A stretch of 62,862 nucleotides of DNA, the filler included, from Trichosphaerium sp. ATCC 40318 (Eukaryota; Protista; Tubulinea): the NCBI GenBank assembly GCA_038496445.1. It is 4 parts of 4 records of this genome, joined end to end, with 100 filler letters (N's around TTAATTAATTAA, not from the genome) between each part and the next. Parts side by side here need not be neighbours in the genome. Positions count along the whole stretch, not along the records: positions 1 to 20,654 come from JALMLS010000203.1; positions 20,755 to 42,648 come from JALMLS010000023.1; 2 more parts are not named here. One strand, given 5' to 3'. How positions within the stretch are numbered: the first letter of the stretch is position 1; each line of letters opens with the position of its first letter. Below are positions 12,541 through 25,382 of the stretch, piece after piece. The translations under genes and the position numbers were made by a program. The notes beneath the pieces were generated by a model. The model was not told the origin of the DNA, did no database searches, and worked only from the letters and a program-made list of their open reading frames with translations.

Positions 12541-15500
12541 TTACACCAAGAGGTTGTTATTGTTTCTACGTTTGATTGTTTCGAGTTGGCAACCATAACA
12601 TTTGCAAATGTCTTTATGTTCGAGTAAATGCCATATGTCAGCATCAAACTTTTCAATAACTCCTCCTTCAGGGTGGTCTTTAGAGTCATTGTACTCGATT
12701 TCATATTCATCCTTTCTTTTAGAATACTTGAGAACAGTTCCTGGATACCAGTCTTCTGCTTCAGTCCAAAAAACAGATACAGTATCTCCGATTTTGACTA
12801 ACGGATTTCCTGTGCTAGCACCAACTGCTACAACGGCATCACTGTCAAACTCTACTGCTTGCTTCGCAATCTTTTTAGTGTTCATTTTAGTAGCTTTACG
12901 TGGCTTTAATCGAGAAGAAATTGGACTAACAAAGTCATTAAACAATCAGTGGATATTGTTAGTACCTTTGAATGGTTGATTTTTGTTTTTTTGGCTTGAT
13001 TACTTTTACACGTTTCTTTAGTTGTAGTTTTTTGCCGGCACGTTTCTTTGGTTGTAGTTTTTTGCCAGCACGTTGTAGTTTTGCTTCTCTTCTTATTCTT
13101 TTTTTATCCTAAATTCGTCTTAACAAAATCATAGTAGTTGATTGTTAACGCACCTCAGCTAATGCCTTGGGAATGTTACCTTGTCCTGGCATGTTTTGCC
13201 TTAAAACATGTGGTGTTCGTTGTATTGGAAAGTTGTTTGGTGAACTATCTGAGGTGAGATCTATTAATATTGGCTTTCGTGTTGTTTTTGGCTTTGTGTT
13301 GGACTTATTAATATCTTGGTGGCGTCTTTGAAAAGAAGCAGGAGTTGAATGCATGAAAGGCGTTGCATCGATAGAAACTTCATTATCAACGTCCATCAAA
13401 TTATCCACCTCAGCTAAGTCTCTGGCAATTTTGGCAACATGATCGTCATCAAACTTTGTATCACAACTTAAAACAACTTTGTTAGAATCAATTACATTGT
13501 CACAAAAAAAATAAAAATACAGTACCTCGCATCGTCAACGTTGTTAACACTGTAAATTTTAGCATCATCTATTACATTAGTAGTATTGTCATCTATTGCT
13601 TTGTTGGCAACATTATTGTCGTTGAACAATTCATTCAAATTGGTTTGTGGTTTGTCCATCGTATATGTTCCTCTTTCTCTAAATTCTTTTCTTTTTTGTA
13701 GCAAGTTTTTATACCAAGGATATGTAGACACTAAAAACCCATGCCATACCTTTGCCGTTTGATTTCTAAACTTAATAAATCACAAAGAACTATAATTAAA
13801 TATTTACCGACAAAGATCAAACACATATTGGTCCCAGAAATCCAATTTTGGCATACTCAACTCTTCAGGATATATAAAACCTTCAGAAGTATTCTCACAA
13901 GTATTCTCAGAAGTATTGATAGAGCTATTATTTTCAAGAGAACGAGTAGGTGATGTAAACACTTGTAGGCTTTTGGATTGTTTTATAGGAGTAGGAGACT
14001 TCAATCGTTCAAAAGCACTATTATTATTGTAAGATTTACAATATAGAAAATGTTTGTACTTACGTATCACCAAAATTGCCATCGTTTGCAAGCCTTTTTT
14101 TTAATTCTATGTTTTGGACCACATTCATCAAATACTTTGTTGTAGGTAAAGGCATACCGTCACTTATGTCAATGGAATCTGCAGAGCTAACAAAGAATTG
14201 GGGGGGAAAAAAAAAGAAAGGTACATACGTATCACATTCGTTTGAGTCTGCTCCATTATCTGAAACTTGTAAAGCATCTCTATCGTTGGTTTTATTCTCA
14301 CCTTCTTTTTCATCATTGTAATCAACAGCAACATTGTGTAAGTCATTGTTTTCTGTTGCCAACACTGGACGGTTTTTATACACAGGAACATTTGAAGTTT
14401 TGCATTTGTTTTCATAATTTTGACGCCAGTGATCTAGCAGTTTTTGAGCGTCTTGTTCTTTACCTACTCTAACAAGTAGTCGTGATTGGTTGTGGTAATC
14501 GTGGTGTGTTGTGCTTCTATTAGCTAGAAATATTATTAGAAATGAACACAAATATTCAGCACGTACATTGTACAGCTTTAAAAACGTTGTAAAATTGAAA
14601 CTCTTCTAATAATTCGACCAGCTTATCCGTTCTACACTGTATTCCTGTCTTTAAAAAAGCTGGTTAGAAAATATTAAATGCATAGCACGTACTCCAGCAC
14701 AACTATCTTTAAATCTTTTATTGTTGCCTTCAGATCTATTATTAGTTCTGTTTTCCATGTATTCTTCGTCATCAATTACACTGTAAGCAGACCAAAGTTC
14801 AGGAGGGTGTGTAGCCGTTTTTGAAACCCAAGTTTTATACAAGTATGCCATATAAGTGGCCTTTTTTTGCCAATTTTTTTTTTTTTTTTTCAATTCGGAT
14901 ACCTAAAAAATGTCAGCACTAATTTGAGTACATCTGTGTACCTCTTGTTTTGCAAGGTTCCATATTTCAACAAATAACTCTCTGCTTTGAGCGTCTAAAA
15001 GCAACATGCTAAAATTACGACACCAAAGCATATCAGATGTTGACAATTTTAATTTCTTTCGTTTTTCTTTGTGTGCTTTAGCAACGTGAAACTTGCATAA
15101 AGTGACTTGTATATCTGGAAATAGCTCTAATAGGGCATATCTGTAAAGTAAATACAAATTAGTATGTGTCAACAGATTTAGTATCCAATGGTACCTTAAA
15201 TTCAATTCACAATCCACAACAATTCTGTCGAATTTTTTGAAATTTTTGTTGACCAACGCAACGCATGCATATCTGTACTCCTCCAATGTTTTCCCTAACA
15301 TCAATGCATAGCCCACTTTAACGGTGTCTTTGTCACATATACTCCAAAAGAACAACAACTTAATAAAAAGTTAAACAACGTACTAAATTGGGTTTAGAAA
15401 TATTGTTACGTACGTGTCCTTTAAAGTCTGCCATGTTGTGTACTCCGTCAAGAAATAATGTTTTACGTAGCAAGTATTTTTTGTTTTTATTTGTCAAAAC

Positions 15501-16387
15501 CTCTTCATTAAATTTAGAAATCACAAACGGCTTCAAACAAATGTTGATTTCGGGATATTTTGCTCTGATTGTACTAAGCACTCCCAAGTCGCTGTATGGG
15601 GACTCTTTTTTAAGTTTGCGCGCCACAGCTCGAATTTGGTCTACTCTAGGTGTAATAGAACTATTTGCCAAAGTTAAAAGCGTTTTGTCACTATTTTTAA
15701 CCATGTTTAACGCCTAACAAACAAAAAGTTTAGTTATACAAATAGATTTTAATTTATTGTAGCATGACCAACCACATTTGAACGCACCACTAATTCAGGA
15801 GTTTTACCACTTAAAAGGTAATCTCGTACTTTGCGTTTTGTGGACTCGCTAAGTCTAAAATCAATGCTGTTTTGAGGTAAACAATTTGGAGCGTGTTTTT
15901 CTGTGTTGCGAATTGAAACTATTGTTCCACGTGCATCAATCGCAAAGTTCACTTTAGCTGTAATGAATATCAACAACAGTTATTGTATTATACAACAAAA
16001 CAAACGTACCGGAGCAGTTAGAAACTATCGTACATTTACAATACACTCTAGTTGCTATATCATTGTTGTTGATGTCATTGACGTCATTGTTGTTGACATT
16101 TTTGTTGTTGGCATCAATTTTTGTCCGGCCACCTTTGGTATTTCTATTTGCACTAATTACTAACAGTGCGCTACAACGCTACAAGCTACAACGCTACAAA
16201 ATGTAGGTGGATTTGGTACGTACTTTTTGTTGATATGTTTCCTTTTGTTCACTGTCCATTGACAACCGTATTGTGTGCCGTGAGCAAAAGTTATGGGACG
16301 ATCAAACAAATCACGCCAAAACAATGTTGTAGTGTCTGTATCACTGTGTGAGTTGGGTCCATTGGTTACATAACCTTTTTTTGCCAT
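12541..16387 (-). CDS. Mutator-like (MULE) DDE transposase with N-terminal zinc finger and C-terminal Tudor-like domain; intron-rich
   Basis: FLDGVH (D), VVDCE (D), CKFH (CxxH), RTNNRSEG (E); CKC..NC...KHAPNC zinc finger; downstream exons splice in frame to IGDTVSVFW..EDWYPGTVLKY...YEIEYND. Confidence 0.8.
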
Positions 16388-16516
16388 AAGAATTAATACA
16401 TAACGTGTAATGTAATTTAGATACAACAAGAATTTATTATTTAAGTCGTTAACAGTCTTTGTGAGCTTTTTTTACCAAGATTAATATTTAGTCTAAAAAT
16501 ATTAATTTAAGCCATA

Positions 16517-18200
16517 TTAAATATGTGAACGCACATTGGGATACAACTGTGCCATGACTTCATCCACTTTTTTCCTAAGTTCTACGCCCAATGCTACAAT
16601 TTCAATTTCTTGTAAAAGACCAAAAGGATTTTGAACAGGAGGTGTAGCAAACACAATACAGTAATGAGTTTGTCCGTTACACAATTTAGGCCAATGGATT
16701 ACACACCAATGTATGTCTATAGCCGCTTTTTGTTTTTGAATCTACAAATAGTGAGTAGAACGTTTAACAATAACAATACGGAAACTAAGTACTCTTTTGA
16801 ATATTGTCCACGGATAATCTTCGTGTTGGCCTGGCAAGTGTACAAAATATGCGCTATCCAAGTTACAAATCATAACATGAGGCTCCAATTCAATTATTCT
16901 ATGACGGCCCAACAAAGAAAATCGTTCAGCAGTGTATTTTTTGGATGTAACTAACCTTATTAAAATGTACAAACCTCATTTTTGGACGTACTTTTCCATT
17001 TTTTCTTTAATGCTAATATTTCTGGAGTAAACATTTTTTTGGCAGCCTTTGCAGCTGGAGTATTCTTGCTACCAAATCCTCCTCCACCCCAATGTGGTGC
17101 AGTTGCATAAGAACAAAGTAGATCTACATGTAAACACGTATGTTTCATTCCGACTTTTCCATAATAGCTGCAATTTAGACTATCTAACACTAAACTAACC
17201 TTGCTATAGTAATAATGGCCAAACAAATCGTGCCAAAGTTTTTTAAAGGTTTTTTCTGGATGTTCGGCTACCAAGCTCAACATCTAAATAATAGTGAATG
17301 ATAACGCAACGTACAATAATAGTGCGTACTGGTTTAAAATAATTATGTGCCAAATTAATCATGTGTTTTGACTCCTCAACAGATACAACGCCGTCCATAA
17401 ATAAATCATCATCACTACATAAGATATTGTCTCTAAAAGACCCATTGTATCCAACTGAAATTATTTGCAACGTAGAATTTCTAAACTCAAATTAGTTTGA
17501 CACATTTTGACACATTTTAACTTGTTAGTACTTATATGCCTTGTAATCGCCATATCCATATGTACAAATGGGATAATGTTTGTCGAACATTACAGCATCA
17601 GCTATTTTATCGCCTCTGGGGTTTTGGTCAATCAAAGAAGTTTCAGGAGGATATGTCAATGACATGTTACGACGTAAATAAACGGCCATCTGCAAATGTG
17701 CCTAAAAAATATAATTGGAATGTAGAAATAACATTAAAATCCGTGTACCCAACGCAAAAAGTCACGTTTTCCAGTTTTAGCACTTTTAGTTTTCCTCGTC
17801 TTATAATCAGCGTCATTAGCATATAAGTTGCTAAATAATACTATTATGGCAAGGAAAAACAATCCATCAAGACAAAACTGGGTACCAATATAACCATTTA
17901 TATTTTAGCTCCAAATACGTTATTTGTTTTTTTGTAAAAAAATGACAAGCCACTGGATGCTTTCTCCAAAGTAATTGGTTGTTCTACAAGATAATAATTA
18001 AGGTGCTATTAATTATATAAAACAAAGTAGATACCAAGTTTCTAAGAACCAGACGTTTATTAGCATCAGATAAAGTGTCAAAAAAAGTGTCAACCTCTTC
18101 ATCTGTTTTATCGTCAAAAATATGTAACAGTTCATACTTTCTATAATCTATCTTCTTTTTAGACGATGGATTTGAACTAGGATTCAATAAGAAACCAAGA
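16517..18200 (-). CDS. Orphan multi-exon protein upstream of the MULE transposase (start uncertain)
   Basis: Chain of ORF pieces separated by short GT-AG introns, ending ...AQLYPNVRSHI*. Confidence 0.5.
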
Positions 18201-18249
18201 CTGAGATAGAAATTATGCAAGGTAAAAAAATAAATTACAAACAACTACT

Positions 18250-18690
18250 AAGCTCAAAATCGATGTTAATGCTTTCTTTGGTATCCAAAGTAAGCTCACT
18301 AACACATTAAGATAATCAAAATGCAGTTGTGATCAGTAGAAAATGAGCAAAGTAAGCTGTAATACAAAAACGAACAATCAAAAATAAAAGTAGAAAAAAT
18401 ACAACCAAAACCATTACTTATAAGCTCAAACAACGTTAATGCTTTCTTTGGTATCCAAAGTAAGCTCACTAACACATTAAGATAATCAAAATGCAGTTGT
18501 GATCAGTTGTATAAGCTGTATAAGGAAGAAGTTGTAGTACAAAAGTGGTACGATAGTCAAAAATAAAATTAGAAAAAGTACAACCAAAGCCATTACTTGC
18601 AAGCTCAAACAACGTTAATGCTTCCTTTGGTATCCAAAGTAGGCTCACTAACACATTAAGATAATCAAAATGAGGTTGTGATCAGTTGTA
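18250..18690. repeat. Tandem repeat, ~172-179-bp unit, about 2.5 copies
   Basis: aagctcaaa...gttaatgctttctttggtatccaaagtaagctcactaacacattaagataatcaaaatg recurs at ~18250, 18422, 18601. Confidence 0.9.
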
Positions 18691-18803
18691 AGAGCTAAGA
18701 AAGCAATATCAATTGAACGACAAATATTTTATTATATAGTTGCTCGTACGTTTCAGAACTACACGTTTCAGAACTACATGTTAAAGGTTTGCCTACAACG
18801 TAA

Positions 18804-19861
18804 TTATTCAGGACTGTGTGGAGTAACCCAACGGAATGGTAAATCACCAAGATGCATTTGAATCAAATATCTGATATACGAAGCTGTTTTAGGACCTAGC
18901 TGATCCAGGTGGGGATACAATTGATGATAACTCAAAAGAAATTTGAGCATACTAAGTAAAATATTAGCAAAAAAAAATAAAATAAAAAAATTAAACGTAC
19001 TGTATTTCCCACGGAGAGAACAAGGTTTTCACCAACAGCTCGTAATCTACGTTGTCCATAATTTCATGGTTTTCCACAACGTAATCAAAATATGCATCTC
19101 CAAAGTCCTTTAATAACATACCTCTAACTTCCATGGCTTCAGATAACTAAATAATTATTTAACACAAAAAACCTTCATTGATACGTACCTTATCAGCAAC
19201 AGTACGAATGATTGGATGTTTTAGAGCCTTTCTATAGTCTCTATCATACCTTATTGGAGAAGGAGGAGGAGACATTCTGGTAGGTGGCTTGTAAGGCGAG
19301 TTGATTTTACCTCCAACTTTGGTAGGAGACAAATCTACATTGCCTTTTAAAGCTGAAGCATAAGACCCAGGTTTGGTCTTACACTCCTTAACTCCACAAG
19401 CTAATAGGAGTAAATAATGTGTAAAAAAAAAAATTCAAAAAAAAAAATAAATACCTTCGTATAACGGTTTCGTTGGGTATGTTATGGGCCCTTTTTGCAA
19501 TGCCAAAGGAGTTCCTACATTGTGTGAGTATACGCTCATTTAGAAACAAGAAAAAAAAGAATCAAAAAAAAAAATTGTGATTTCTTAGTAAATCATTTTC
19601 AACGTTACGTGTTGGTGTTTTTGGACTTTTGGTTGGACTTCCTGTCGGTGTTGTAGATATCACGCCGGATGCGTTAAAGCGTATAATGGAAGGATCTAGG
19701 AAAAAAAAACCACAAATTAGCTCAGAAAATTAACAACGCATACCTGGAGAGTAATCACCGTCATCATCGCGTAATTTAATCTTTTTATGCTCTGGGCTTA
19801 GCTATTTTGGTTAATGTTTGGTAATTAGACTCTTAGCGGTACGTACGTTAGTTCTACGCAT
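18804..19861 (-). CDS. Orphan multi-exon Ser/Pro/Thr-rich protein (many SP/TP sites)
   Basis: MRRTN|LSPEHKKIK..., TPTGSPTKSPKTPT, SPYKPPTRMSPPPSP, ends WVTPHSPE*; canonical short introns. Confidence 0.55.
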
Positions 19862-20654
19862 TGTTAATTGTTTTCTAGTGGGAATAAGCTAAATAAGCCG
19901 GCAAGGAAGGAATAGATCATGAGATTTAAAATATATGGCGTACCTGTTGCCTACGTGTATTGTTTCAAACTTAATAAATGACCTTGTCTTGACTTTTCAC
20001 AAGATCGCATTAGACGGTCAATTTATTATTTGTCTCACTAAACAACTACGAAATAGGCTTATTATTACGTACTTGGAAGGGCTACGCGACTGTGGGCAAG
20101 ATCTACTGTGGGCAAGATCACGTTCGCTATAGCGAACTCACTCAGTTCTCACCCATAATATTATTTGTGACTAATACGTTTGATACAGGAAGGAGCTTGG
20201 CATGCCAACAATTTTATCCGTCATAAAGAACAACAAAGTCGTACGTACTCTAAAAGTAATTAACAGACGCTTAATATGCTCCTGAGCGGTCTCTCGTCAG
20301 AAAACCTACAAAACGACAGTAATTATTCACAAAATTATACTATAGTAGCGTCTTCACATCTCTTGTGAGAGCATACACCGCACCTGACAATTTTATTTTC
20401 CGTCTGTTATTTCATCAATTTATCTGTAGACTTACGCTTCAAACAGGTAACAACGGGCGACGGACAAGTCACTGCTGGAAGCGTAGTAGTGAAGGGTACT
20501 GCCAGAAAAGTAAGACACGTTCAAAATAATGAAATTATTATTGGCATGGCTGGTACGGTACCATTTGATACCTTGAATAACGTACGTTCCTTTGTTATTG
20601 GATTGGAGACTATGCTGTCGTTGTAGTTTGTTAAAACTTATTTAGTCGCTCAAA

Positions 20655-20754
20655 NNNNNNNNNNNNNNNNNNNNNNNNNNNNNNNNNNNNNNNNNNNNTT
20701 AATTAATTAANNNNNNNNNNNNNNNNNNNNNNNNNNNNNNNNNNNNNNNNNNNN
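20655..20754. other. Artificial contig linker (N44-TTAATTAATTAA-N44)
   Basis: N runs flanking a six-frame-stop 12-mer; identical to the other two linkers. Confidence 0.97.
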
Positions 20755-23700
20755 AAGCAAGTAAATAAGTTGTGGGTTTACTTAGGAGTTTTGTTAAATT
20801 GCCAAAAGGGGTGGTACCTTGTTATCATTGCTAGTTTACATAGCACAAGGATAATTCCTGCTGTTACAAGGTACGTTCCAAAGTTATAGAGTCCTAACAT
20901 GTATAAGATGCGTCAGTCTTTCAGTACGTTCATACCATTACTGCTTCCATCAAGCCGATTACCTTACAAAGTTTTTAGGAACAAAATGACTAGCCTACTA
21001 GTAGAAATGGACATACTTGTGTCATCATAAAACAGTGCAAATGTACCCCAGAAAAGTATCTGTGAGTGTACAACTGCTGCTATTATCCAATACAAAAATG
21101 AAGTCCATGTGAGTACACCTAACAGGTATGGTCAATAACATTTAGTTTTACAAAGGTTGTTTTTTCCCTCCTTTTCTCCGGTTGTACCTTTCCTGTACTC
21201 TACACATGCTTTTGGATTTTTATAAATGGTTTCCTTGTCCAGATCTTGCTCAAATAAAGCATAGAAAAACGGAGGCATAGTGGTTAGTATTACCATATAA
21301 AACACAAGGACCCAATCCTCTGCTAACCGCTAGACAACCACGGTTAGCGTTTGCTCCCATAAAAATAAATTTTGAAAAACAACGTGCCTGGCCTGAGAAT
21401 CCACTATAAAAAGCATAATAAAATTGGGGTAAGAACACTGCTAACCCCTTGTAAAAACTATAGTTTATAAGACCGGCATTTCTAATCATGTTCCATCGCC
21501 CATGCTTCATTATTAGAGGGATGAGATGTCTGTTTGAAAAAAAAAAAGAATGAGTGCCTACGACGCCTACTATGTGAATATTTAAACAAGACGCACTTGA
21601 ACTGGCGGATTGCATAATCTGAGGCTCTAGCCGAGTGCGTTCCCTCTTTTCCATAGACACCAACTCCAATATGAGATGCCTTGGTTGAAGATGTAAGCAA
21701 CACTTTCACAAACGCTACGAGGTCATACTTGTATCATAGCGACATCATTTGCTCCATCTCCCACAGCTAGCGACACACAAGATTTCAGTTCCTTACGTAT
21801 AGCTTTCACCACACTCGCTTTTTGCAGTGGGCTAGTACGGCAGCAAACAACAGATTTACAAGCTAGCGCCAATTTGTTAAACTCCTCTTGGAAAGTAGAT
21901 AAAGCATAAATCAGAGCATCTCCGTCAATTACAAGTCCGACAGATCCTGGGTTAGCCTGAAAAAAAAAAAATTAGGTTGGTTTCTTTTGTGAGGTTGTGG
22001 CTGTGAACCTTTGCAGTCTTAAGACCATCATAAAGCGCTTTCTTTGTGCTCGTTGCATCCTTGCATTTGGTAACGGAAACAACAGTGAGGTTCGCTGTTA
22101 ACAGGTTACATGAACGCGCAATGTTCACTGCTGTCTCTTCCTTATCACCTGTGATAATCCACACTTTTATCCCGGACTTGTCAGAAGGTGAGCAAAAGAA
22201 AATAATTCTGGTATTGGGTCTTGGAGGTACCTCGAGTAGGTACTTTATTGTCTCTGGTACTTTGTCTTGAAGTTTATCTTCAATTGCAGTTGCACCAACA
22301 AGCTCAAAGCCTTTTTCCATGTCACTCCACACCTTAGCAACTTTTCTTTTTCTTTCCTTCATTACAGTTGAGGCGTCATGATAACTCTTCATGTATTTTT
22401 GGTATTCATCATCAGACATTTCTCGCTCACACACAATTAATGTGCGCAAACCTTCTTGTGCAAAGCTGTTGAGGTGGTCGTTGGTAGTTTGTATCAGGTC
22501 GTCATCTACTTTTTTGCTCAAACGCTTCATCATTACTGAGTCAGCGCCTTTAGAGTACACCATTATCTTCCCATCTGGATGTCTAACAATTGTAGACATG
22601 CGTGCTCGTTTGGATGAAAATTTGGCTATGCTCAGAATCTCATATTTTTCTCGTACACCTTTATTGGCAGTTGTTAGAAAAAAATAATACTACAACAAAA
22701 CCGGTATACCATTTATTTCGAGTGTAACTGTATCTCCTGCACGTTGTATTAATTTATAGTCATTAGAAAACGCCGCTTTTGCAAGTGCAATCTCGTCTGG
22801 TGAAGGCCCAGAAAAGTTAATCTCATCATCACCATCAGTTGCTAATAATTTTTGTAAGGACAAAACAAAGAAATTTCAGCTTCTTCTAAACAAACTAACG
22901 TGGAGAAGGTACAACAGTATTATTTAACGCCATGTTCAATAAAAAGTTGTGCAAAGCGCTGCTTCCTATTTCTTGATCCTAAAGGGGGGTTACTCCTAGT
23001 GGTTCAAAATTCACACTACCGCGTACTTCAATAGCTTGCTTCAACGACCCATTTAAGGCATCTTGATACTTTAATCCAGCGACAGAACAACTATCAAAAT
23101 CCATAATATTCTCTGTAAGTGTTCCCGTCTTGTCACTGAAAATATAGTTTACCTTAAAAAAAAGCCGTTCAATACTACACAATCTGATCCGGTTTTAATC
23201 AGAAAAAAGAAAATCATACCCTGATTAATTCATCATTGAGATTAAAATTCTTTGGTGTTGCCGTTTTTCCCTCGTGTACCATCTCCAAATCCCAGTAAAT
23301 CCACATCCCTTGCAAAACTTTTACAAATTCCAATGTGACCTACAGTTCGTCATTAGGCGTTCGTGGTGTTAGTAAAAATACGTACAAATAACACGATCGG
23401 AATCCAATAAGAGAACAGCGAAAAGTAACGTAAAAACACATACGCGGCTTCAAGTGCAGGTGAGGCACCCCCAATAAGATAAAAACTGTTCGGAGCTGAG
23501 TTTTTCTATTTTGTTTTTAAGGGTAAGAGATATGTCTTTTAGATGGAAAGCGTAAAAGAAATACCTGAAACAAGCCGCCACCAAGTGCACAACAACAAAG
23601 AGCAAATATCTTGAATATGAATACAGCAAGCGAAATCCTGGTATAGATGGTTAGTGGTGCACCCAAAAAAAAAAAAAAAAAAAAAAAGACTGCTCTATAG

Positions 23701-25198
23701 TTTTAGCGTACATGTCGAGCATGCGGTCAGTTTTTGACCGTTTGGATGGAGGATCGCGCGCATTTTTCATCAGCTTCGTTAACTTTCCGGGATACACCAC
23801 AATACCAAACACCCAACCTGTGTTTCTTAAACTACTGCCCTAAATGTGTTTTTGTGAGCATTTTCATATGCGAAGCTATAATTACCCTCATCAAGAGATT
23901 AGTTTCATCCAGAGATACTGCTGCATTTTCGCCATCAACGAGTAACCTTGCTGTACCCGTAAAAGCGCCAATGCGTGCATGTGGTTGCTCAACTTCCAAA
24001 GTACCCTGTTTAAGGCACAGAGTTATTCCGTGTTCTAATTTATTTACGGTGATTTACCTGTACAGACGCGAGTGATGTAACGTCAAACGTCTGTAATGGC
24101 TTAACAGCATGCATATCTTTTAGGCTCGTTTCACTTTTTTTTTCTTTTAGTTTTACTATTAAAAGTGTGGTGCGTACCCATCCAAGCTTGACGTCTCAAC
24201 ATAGCACAGGCCATTAGGTAGCGCTGACGACAGACATATCACATCTGCTGGAAATTGCTCTCCATCTTTAATCTATTTGTGTTAATTAACAAGAAAAAGT
24301 AAAGTAAAAAAGAAAGCTTTTTCGCGCATACTTGTACAATGTCTCCAACACGAATACGCTTACACTTGACTACGCCCACTTGCTGTGACACTGGATCAAA
24401 CACGTGATACCTTTTATTATTTACAACTTCGTCTTCACGCCATCGGAGCTATGCAAAAGTTAATACAATATTGTTATTCTTTGTAATCAGCAATAAACAA
24501 AATGCACCGCCCCCCACGTACAAAGTCTTCATATGCTTCTTTAATCATACCAACAATTAGAACAAATACAATGGGAAATGCTGCTGCAATGGGCGTTATG
24601 GCACCGGTGACGGGAATGAGATTTATTACAGCCACAAACAGAAAGTATAAGTTGTAAACTCTGTTGTGTTTTAGAGCCGTTAGCTAGCACCATTGAAGCG
24701 AAAAAAAAAAAAAAAAAAGAAAGTAGAGGTACTTTGAAAATTGCTCCATCACTTGTTTCGGCAGAAATGTCCATATAGAGTACTTGGTAGTGCTGTACTC
24801 ATTTTTACTGAATTTCTACAAGGCGAAAAGCGTACGTTAGAATGTCAAGCTCCCCATTTTTCAAGAATGTTTAATTTAATCGTACTTGTAGCTTGTTTTT
24901 GGGTTCGCTATTGAAATAAATAGTTGGATACGGGGTTTCATCCTATTTGAGATTGTTAAGCGCCATTAATACTGTAAACTGCGCAACCTGAGTGTCTATT
25001 ATTTCGACGTCCTATTATCGCGTTACGGCGTGGCAGTGAAAAGTTAGAAAAAGCGTTAGCGCTCCAATACGCACGTCTGCATGTTCATCACTCGTGCTGT
25101 GGTCACCAGAGGAGCTCCCAATGCCCTCTGTGAGGCTGAGTTTTTATTAGCGCTGTGATGATCTAAGTACCCAAAACGTACATAGGCTCTGTTTCCAT
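20755..25198 (-). CDS. Phospholipid-transporting P4-ATPase (flippase), 3' end truncated by linker
   Basis: [71 protein letters not shown]. Confidence 0.95.
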
Positions 25199-25382
25199 AA
25201 TCAAATACTACGCGTTAACGAATTGTCCGGCCGGTTTACCCTCAAATGCGCTCGTACGAAAGGCGACTTTTTTCGTTTTTTCAAGTGTGGTCAAGGTTAC
25301 TTGAAAAAAAAAAACGCAACAAAAATATGTTCAAAAAAAAACGTTTATTTATTTCAGTTTAGAACAAATACTAACATCGTCT

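Larger units (their letters stand above)
12347..20150 (-). mobile_element. Putative large MULE-like element (transposase-Tudor gene + two orphan genes + tandem array); boundaries approximate, no TIR/TSD found
   Basis: Co-oriented genes with no recognisable host function adjacent to a MULE transposase; palindrome and direct repeats at ~20090-20140. Confidence 0.45.

Noticed and set aside
16517-16760. Ulp1-like protease in orphan B (IHWCVIHW)
   Set aside because: No downstream D, Q, C catalytic pattern visible
18250-18690. CRISPR-like repeat-spacer appearance
   Set aside because: Conserved block is too long, the variable parts are homologous to each other, no cas genes, eukaryotic context
20160-20654. 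Final exons of the P4-ATPase across the linker
   Set aside because: No recognisable flippase C-terminal motif and the linker makes continuity unprovable
20655-20754. TTAATTAATTAA palindrome within N runs (three occurrences)
   Set aside because: Artificial stop-in-all-frames linker, not biological; linkage across it cannot be assumed
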